DNA from: Megasphaera elsdenii DSM 20460 | GTDB taxonomy: Bacteria > Bacillota > Negativicutes > Veillonellales > Megasphaeraceae | Assembly (NCBI RefSeq): GCF_003010495.1 | Contig: NZ_CP027570.1 | Coordinates: 840,001-872,000, forward strand | Length of the DNA stretch: 32,000 nucleotides | Direction of reading: 5' to 3' | Shown here: positions 27,466-32,000 of the stretch, one piece after another | Numbering within the stretch: the first letter of the stretch is position 1 | How the letters are laid out: each line of letters opens with the position of its first letter | Made by a program: the position numbers and the translations under genes | The notes under the pieces: model-generated | What the model was told of the DNA's origin: nothing | What the model saw: only the letters and a program-made list of their open reading frames with translations | Databases searched by the model: none

Positions 27466-27494
27466 ATTATACCTATTTTATGGAAAAAAGTAAA
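27466..27494 (-). promoter_or_regulatory. candidate promoter of the binding-protein gene (TTTACT-17-TATAAT on minus strand)
   Basis: Reverse complement reads TTTACT (27494-27489), 17 nt spacer, TATAAT (27471-27466). Lies 45 nt upstream of the ATG. Confidence 0.4.
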
Positions 27495-27519
27495 GGGCTT
27501 GTCGCACAACGACTAGCCC
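27484..27519 (-). terminator. probable intrinsic terminator of the symporter transcript, about 320 nt past its stop codon
   Basis: On the minus strand, GGGCTAGTCG, loop TTGTG, CGACAAGCCC (one T-T mismatch), followed by TTTACTTTTTT. Confidence 0.5.
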
Positions 27520-27539
27520 TTTATCGTTGTTCATATTTC

Positions 27540-27814
27540 GTAGGGGCGACCACGTGGGGCGCACGCTCCTGGGGATGTACGAATCTTCCGCCTACGGTTA
27601 ACTTGCTGGAGAAATCGTACATATCCCGAAGCGGGCCACGAGCCACGAACTGCGATTCAGCGGGATTCCCAAAAGCGGGCCGCCTTGACAGGACGGCCCC
27701 TACGATGCAGCCTACAGGCTGCGAGCTCCTAACCACGAGCCACGAGCCACGAGCCACGAGCCACAATTCAACGGGATTTCCACAAGCGGGCCGCCTTGAC
27801 AGGACGGCCCCTAC
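27540..27814. repeat. cluster of GTAG-headed hairpin repeats (same family as 20396-20757) containing heptamer tandem repeats
   Basis: Head-first copy GTAGGGGCGACCACGTGGGGCGCAC at 27540. Two near-identical inverted copies GGGATT(C/T)CCA.AAGCGGGCCGCCTTGACAGGACGGCCCCTAC end at 27703 and 27814. A degenerate tail copy lies at 27611-27635. Confidence 0.75.
27733..27767. repeat. heptanucleotide tandem repeat (CCACGAG)x4 plus CCACAAT
   Basis: CCACGAG at 27733, 27740, 27747 and 27754, then CCACAAT at 27761. A two-unit version (CCACGAG CCACGAA) sits at 27636-27649 in the neighbouring repeat unit. Confidence 0.85.
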
Positions 27815-27841
27815 AAGCAACTAGCAGTCAGCTGCTAGTTG

Positions 27842-29248
27842 CTACTCCTTCAACTCCGGCATCTTGATGGGTGTTTTATCTACGAGGCGGACGATGAGGA
27901 GGGTGATGATGCAGATGACCCATTCAAAGTAAATGACGTGGGGCAGAATGCGGATCTGCGGGCAGAGCTGCCAGGCAAAGAGTCCGATGATGCCGACAAG
28001 GGTCGTCCAGAAAGCCGTGTTCTTGCGGCACAGGGACGGGCAGAACATGGTGCACAGGAAGACCAGGGTGAAGGCCGTCGTCAGGCTCAGGCCGATGAGC
28101 ATGACTTTGACGATGCCGACGGCATTGAAGGCCAGCCACAGCGTACCAGCGCCGATGATGAGGATGATCAGGCGGTTGGCTTTGACATAGCTCATTTCTG
28201 AAATATTCGGTTTGATAAAACGTTTAAAAATGTCCTGAGAGATGAGGGTACCGGCGCCGAGGAGAATCGTGCAGGCCGTCGATACATCGGCCGCCCAGAG
28301 GGCAGCCAGGGTCATACCTGACGAGAACGGGTCGAGGCTCATGATGATCTGGGGCAGGGCCATGGTCGGGTTGATGCCCGGGAACTGGGCTTTCGCAGCC
28401 AGGCCGAGAATAGCCGACAAGAAGCCGATCGGGAAGATGAGCAGGCCGCCGAGGATGAAGCCTTTGCGGGCGGCGCTGGCATTCTTAGCCCCGCAGGCAA
28501 TCTGGACCGGGCCCTGGGCCGTGATGGCCTGGGTCGTCATGACGATGATCCAGCCGATGAGGACGGCAAAAGACAAGCCGCCCATGGGCGAAAACCAGTT
28601 GAAGTCCGCTGCCGGCAGAGCGGCGTTGATGCCGCTGATACCGCCGTCGCGGAGCAGGATGCGGACCAGGGAATAGATGATGCCGAGATAAATGACGGTG
28701 ACACTGAGGATATTGGATAACCCGGAGGACCAGAGACCGCCAATGGCCGTGATGCCGACGAAGACGATAGCGCTGGTGATCATGCCGGCGTGCATGGAGA
28801 AGATGTCCGGCATGAGGGCGTGTAAAATGGAACCGCCGGCGACGTACTGCAGGGACGTGATGCAGATCATGATCAGGGACAAGCCGATGACGCTGATGAT
28901 GCGGGCTTTTTTGTCGTAACTCCGTTCAAAGAGTTCCGGAATCGTCGTGCAGTTCAGGGAACGATACTTGCCGGCAGCGACGAAACCCATGACGATGGCG
29001 CCGATAGCCCAAGCCGCATTGTACCAGCCCGCAGCCAGGCCGATTTTCGTCGCACTTTCAGCGACGCCGACTGTCGAAGCCGCACCGACGGCCATGCCGG
29101 TGATACTGACGGCGACCAGGCCTGAAGAAAAGTGACGGCCTGCAAATAAATACTCCGTCGGGTTCTGACTGGCCCGGCGTTTGACATAGAAAGAAATGGC
29201 AAATAATAAAATGATGTATAAGATGACAATACACAATTGAATCGACAT
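27842..29248 (-). CDS. sodium:solute symporter (SSS) family transporter
   Basis: I take the ATG at 29248 (MSIQLCIVILYIILLFAISFYVKRRA...), preceded by AAAGGAGGATGG. Product is 468 aa and polytopic, with SSS-like N-terminal TEYLFAGRHFSSGLVAVSITGMAVGAASTVG. The track's 26-codon extension has no SD. Confidence 0.88.
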   Translation of the reverse strand: MSIQLCIVILYIILLFAISFYVKRRASQNPTEYLFAGRHFSSGLVAVSITGMAVGAASTVGVAESATKIGLAAGWYNAAWAIGAIVMGFVAAGKYRSLNCTTIPELFERSYDKKARIISVIGLSLIMICITSLQYVAGGSILHALMPDIFSMHAGMITSAIVFVGITAIGGLWSSGLSNILSVTVIYLGIIYSLVRILLRDGGISGINAALPAADFNWFSPMGGLSFAVLIGWIIVMTTQAITAQGPVQIACGAKNASAARKGFILGGLLIFPIGFLSAILGLAAKAQFPGINPTMALPQIIMSLDPFSSGMTLAALWAADVSTACTILLGAGTLISQDIFKRFIKPNISEMSYVKANRLIILIIGAGTLWLAFNAVGIVKVMLIGLSLTTAFTLVFLCTMFCPSLCRKNTAFWTTLVGIIGLFAWQLCPQIRILPHVIYFEWVICIITLLIVRLVDKTPIKMPELKE

Positions 29249-29374
29249 TTTCTCTCCATCCTCCTTTAACTTATAAAATTTAAAATTCGCAACGTTGGTT
29301 CCATCTACAGGAACATAATATGCCAATAATTGACATTATTATAGGCTAAAATGAAGAAAAATACAAGGAGGAGG

Positions 29375-29411
29375 AAAAAAGGCTTGTCGCCGTGCGACAA
29401 GCCCTTTTTTT
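29375..29411. terminator. intrinsic terminator of the adhesin gene (bidirectional architecture)
   Basis: A6, then GGCTTGTCGC (29381-29390), loop CGT, GCGACAAGCC (29394-29403), then C and T7. Begins 4 nt after the adhesin stop on the minus strand. Confidence 0.8.
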
Positions 29412-29414
29412 ACG

Positions 29415-32000
29415 CTATGCTTTTTTCTGTGCGGCCATGGCCTGGAGTTCTGGTTTAAATTCTTCTACCAGTTTCTTTTCGGCTTTGGCGCCTTTCGAGA
29501 GGGCGTTGTAGATGATTTCTGCCATTTCGTAGCGGGTCATCGTACGGTCGCCGTGGTATTTACCGTCTTCGTAGCCCTGGATGACGCCGTTGCCAGCGAG
29601 GCGGCTTACGGCTTCATAAGCCCAGTGGTTTTCCGGAACGTCCGGGAAGTCTTTGGACATATTCGGATTGATGACCGACAGGAGGGCATCGAGGCGGTTG
29701 GTCAGGGAGTCGATCTGCTTCTGCATCGCTTTTTCCCGTTCCGTCAAGCCGTTCGTGGCGTTGCGTCTTGCCTTGTTGCCGCCCTGGCCGATGCGGAGGG
29801 AAATGCCGCCGCCATACATGTTTTCGCCAGTGCCGAAGGACGACGAAACATTGACCATGACGTTTTCATTCGGCCGGTAGAAGGCGCCGATGGCCGTAGC
29901 CGTTTCGCCTTTGTAACCGCCGACGGCAGCTGCAATGTTCCACTTGGAATCAGCGTCAAATTCGAGAGGATGCAGGTTGGCCAGTGCTGCTGCGTTAGCC
30001 CCGACTTTGTCGACGCGGCTGTCCAGCTTGTTGACCTTGTTTTCAACGCCCGTGACGCGTTCATTGGTCTGATAGAGCTGGGCCCCGTTGACGGCGTCCG
30101 TGCTATTGGCCGAAAGGTCACCGGCTGCCACGTTGACAACCTTCTGATTGTTGGCGTTGATGCCGCTTTCGCTGATGTAAGTCTTGTCACCGACCTTGTA
30201 GGAAGAAGCGGTCATGCTGCCAGCAACCGTAGCGTTGCCACCGACGCTGAGATCTTTTTCCATAGTGACAATATCCTTAAAGGTGGCTGTGCCATCGAAG
30301 GTAGACGTGCTGGTGACGTGGAGCGTATCCGTCGTCGTGCCACCTTTGATAGTAGCACCGTTGTTGACGACAAGTTTATTTGTCGTCGTTGTCCCGTTTA
30401 CAGTCAGGTCTTTCTGAACCGTAGCGTTGGATTCCATGGTGACGTTGCCTTTCAGGTCAGATGTGCCATTGACAGTTAAGTTCTTGCCAACGTTTGCATT
30501 GCCCTGCAGGTCCGAATCGCCTTTGACAGTCAGTTTCTGATCAACCGTTGCATTGCCATGGACACCGAGGTCCTTCATGACTTCGGCATAATCCATCTTA
30601 GCCTGACCCGTTTCAATCGTGTTGCCAGAAATGGTGGTCTTTGTGACAGTCCCTTCTTTAATGGCCGTATTGTGTGCCTTATTTTCGAAGGTAGTACCAT
30701 TGGTATCACTGGTCACTGTGTTATCGCCGGTAATATTAGTAATCTTAGTGGCTACGTTACCAATTTCTCCATCAGCAAAGTTCAGGATGTCGCCGGAAGC
30801 TTCATTTAGAATATCTTTCGACTTGTTGTAAATAGTGCCGCCTTCCGCAGTATTGGTGATACCATCAGCAGTCATTTCGCTCTTCACAGCAGAGCCATCA
30901 CCAATCTGACTGGTAATCTTTTCAGAAGCTTTGTTGGTAATGTTCTTGGCACTCAGGCTGCTGTCGCCGGTCACCGTGGTAGTCTGGCTGCCGCCGATGG
31001 TGTTGACCTGGTCACCGGTAATGCTATTGGTCTGCTTGCCAGTTACTGTCGTGCTCTGGTCGCCATTGACTTTCGTAGTCTGGCTGCCGTAGGTTTCGTT
31101 CACGGCACCCTTCACGGTTTCAGTCTTGTTACCGCTGACCGTATTGGTCTGATCCTTGGCTACCACAGTAGTCTGGTTGCCACCAATGTTCGTGCTCTGG
31201 TCGCCATCTACGGTAGTTGCCTGGCTGCCGTACTTCTCGGTTACAGAACCCTTGACAGTTTCGGTCTTGCTGCCGCTGACATTATTGGTCTGGTTACCGG
31301 TTACGATGGTAGTCTGGTTGCCGCCCACAGAGGTCTTCTGGTCGGTCTTGACGTTGGTCTCCAGGGCATTGAAGTTTTCAGTTTCGGTGCCCTTCACATT
31401 GACGGTACGGTTGCCGGAAACCGTGGTGGTCTGGTTGCCCGTTACCGCATGGGTTTCGTCGCCGCCCACCTTCGTGCTCAGGTCGGACTTGTAATCTTCC
31501 GTGACCTTGCCGGTTACGGTGGTGGTGCTGGTCCCCATGATGGTGTCGATCAGGTTGCCGCCGACGGTGTTGGTCATGTTCCCAGTGGTGGTATTGCTGA
31601 TGTTTGCAGCGCTGTTGCTGATATCGCCGCTGGTGGTATTGGTGATGCCGCTGGCCGTCATGGTGCTGCCGGTGGTATTGGTGCCATCGGTCACGGCTGC
31701 ACTGATGGTACCGGTGCCGGAATCTTTCACCACATCCAGGATCGTGGAACCGTTCACCAGGGCATCTTCCATCTTAGTAGCTGTCTTAGACGTAGCGCTG
31801 TACTGGGTATCGCTGGCTTTGATCAGCTGTTCCGATTTGTCTACGGTGTTGCTGCTGTTGTTGACCTTGGTTCCGTCGGTAATGGAGGAAGCGAGGCTTC
31901 CGGCATTCTGGTTCACAACCGTGGTGTTGGTGCCGTCCGTTACGGAAGAGGCAACCTGGTCCGCCTTCTGCAGGCTGTTGGAGGTATTGGTTCCATCGGT
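29415..32000 (-). CDS. trimeric autotransporter adhesin (YadA-like) with extra C-terminal coiled coil and SLH domain; 5' end lies outside the window
   Basis: The reading frame stays open to the right edge; the track's GTG at 31916 is internal. Neck motif SGINANNQKVVNVAAGDLSANSTDAVNGAQLYQTN. YadA anchor ALANLHPL...WNIAAAVGGYKGETATAIGAFYRPNENVMVNVSSSFGTGENMYGGGISLRIG (about 29781-30005). SLH domain FPDVPENHWAYEAVSRLAGNGVIQGYEDGKYHGDRTMTRYEMAEIIYNAL (about 29472-29648). Confidence 0.9.
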   Translation of the reverse strand, partial: TDGTNTSNSLQKADQVASSVTDGTNTTVVNQNAGSLASSITDGTKVNNSSNTVDKSEQLIKASDTQYSATSKTATKMEDALVNGSTILDVVKDSGTGTISAAVTDGTNTTGSTMTASGITNTTSGDISNSAANISNTTTGNMTNTVGGNLIDTIMGTSTTTVTGKVTEDYKSDLSTKVGGDETHAVTGNQTTTVSGNRTVNVKGTETENFNALETNVKTDQKTSVGGNQTTIVTGNQTNNVSGSKTETVKGSVTEKYGSQATTVDGDQSTNIGGNQTTVVAKDQTNTVSGNKTETVKGAVNETYGSQTTKVNGDQSTTVTGKQTNSITGDQVNTIGGSQTTTVTGDSSLSAKNITNKASEKITSQIGDGSAVKSEMTADGITNTAEGGTIYNKSKDILNEASGDILNFADGEIGNVATKITNITGDNTVTSDTNGTTFENKAHNTAIKEGTVTKTTISGNTIETGQAKMDYAEVMKDLGVHGNATVDQKLTVKGDSDLQGNANVGKNLTVNGTSDLKGNVTMESNATVQKDLTVNGTTTTNKLVVNNGATIKGGTTTDTLHVTSTSTFDGTATFKDIVTMEKDLSVGGNATVAGSMTASSYKVGDKTYISESGINANNQKVVNVAAGDLSANSTDAVNGAQLYQTNERVTGVENKVNKLDSRVDKVGANAAALANLHPLEFDADSKWNIAAAVGGYKGETATAIGAFYRPNENVMVNVSSSFGTGENMYGGGISLRIGQGGNKARRNATNGLTEREKAMQKQIDSLTNRLDALLSVINPNMSKDFPDVPENHWAYEAVSRLAGNGVIQGYEDGKYHGDRTMTRYEMAEIIYNALSKGAKAEKKLVEEFKPELQAMAAQKKA

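Noticed and set aside
27480-27824. ORFs of 114 aa (+) and 99 aa (-) spanning the right repeat cluster, and 63-70-aa ORFs at 20455-20782 in the left cluster.
   Set aside because: They are made entirely of the GTAG-hairpin repeats and heptamer tract (for example ...HEPRATSHNS...). They lack an RBS and cross terminator-like hairpins.
29351-29470. Small + strand ORF starting at ATG 29351 (MKKNTRRRKKGLSPCDKPFF...) with an upstream TTGACA.
   Set aside because: It reads straight through the bidirectional terminator hairpin and into the antisense of the adhesin gene. Its composition is driven by the A-run and T-run.
31917-32000. Treating GTG at 31916 as the adhesin start codon.
   Set aside because: The frame remains open to the window edge and continues the same Thr/Asn/Gly-rich repeats (…TDGTNTSNSLQKADQVASSVTDGTNTTVV-NQNAGS…). 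No signal peptide or SD is present, so the gene is 5'-truncated by the window.

Overview
This window is the replication-origin neighbourhood of a Firmicutes-type chromosome. The minus strand carries dnaA-dnaN-yaaA-recF-DUF721-yaaB/remB-like-gyrB. The plus strand carries rpmH-rnpA-yidD-yidC-jag-mnmE-mnmG-rsmG. DnaA-box clusters sit on both sides of dnaA. The host is probably a diderm Negativicutes (Veillonellaceae/Megasphaera-like). That is an inference from the gene order, roughly mid-50s %GC, and a trimeric-autotransporter adhesin that carries a YadA anchor followed by an SLH domain. Right of the core block lie a PBP5-type carboxypeptidase and a ZTP (pfl-motif) riboswitch driving an OFA-family MFS transporter. 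Next come a complete fructose PTS operon joined to ptsH-ptsI, an orphan amino-acid binding lipoprotein, a sodium:solute symporter and the 3' 2.6 kb of the adhesin gene. Left of gyrB lie an aminotransferase, a secreted Ig-like protein with an odd Gly/Trp/His tail, a CBS-domain CorC/HlyC-family protein and the start of alsD. I found no rRNA, tRNA, CRISPR array, transposase, integrase or recognisable defence system, and no evidence of a novel multi-gene system; most of the window is housekeeping. The most unusual non-coding signal is a family of GTAG-headed GC-rich hairpin repeats (REP/REPIN-like) with compensatory stem changes. They form two clusters (20.39-20.76 kb and 27.54-27.81 kb) that bracket the PTS block and sit between stop codons and intrinsic terminators. 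The right cluster contains an expanded CCACGAG heptamer tract. Other points worth a second look:
- the ZTP riboswitch paired with a putative formate/oxalate-type transporter;
- a DnaA-trio-like array in oriC;
- a gp5/VgrG-like octad-repeat segment inside the adhesin;
- an HPr lacking Ser46;
- phased TGATTG direct repeats over the fruR promoter.
All family assignments come from reading motifs by eye; no searches were run.
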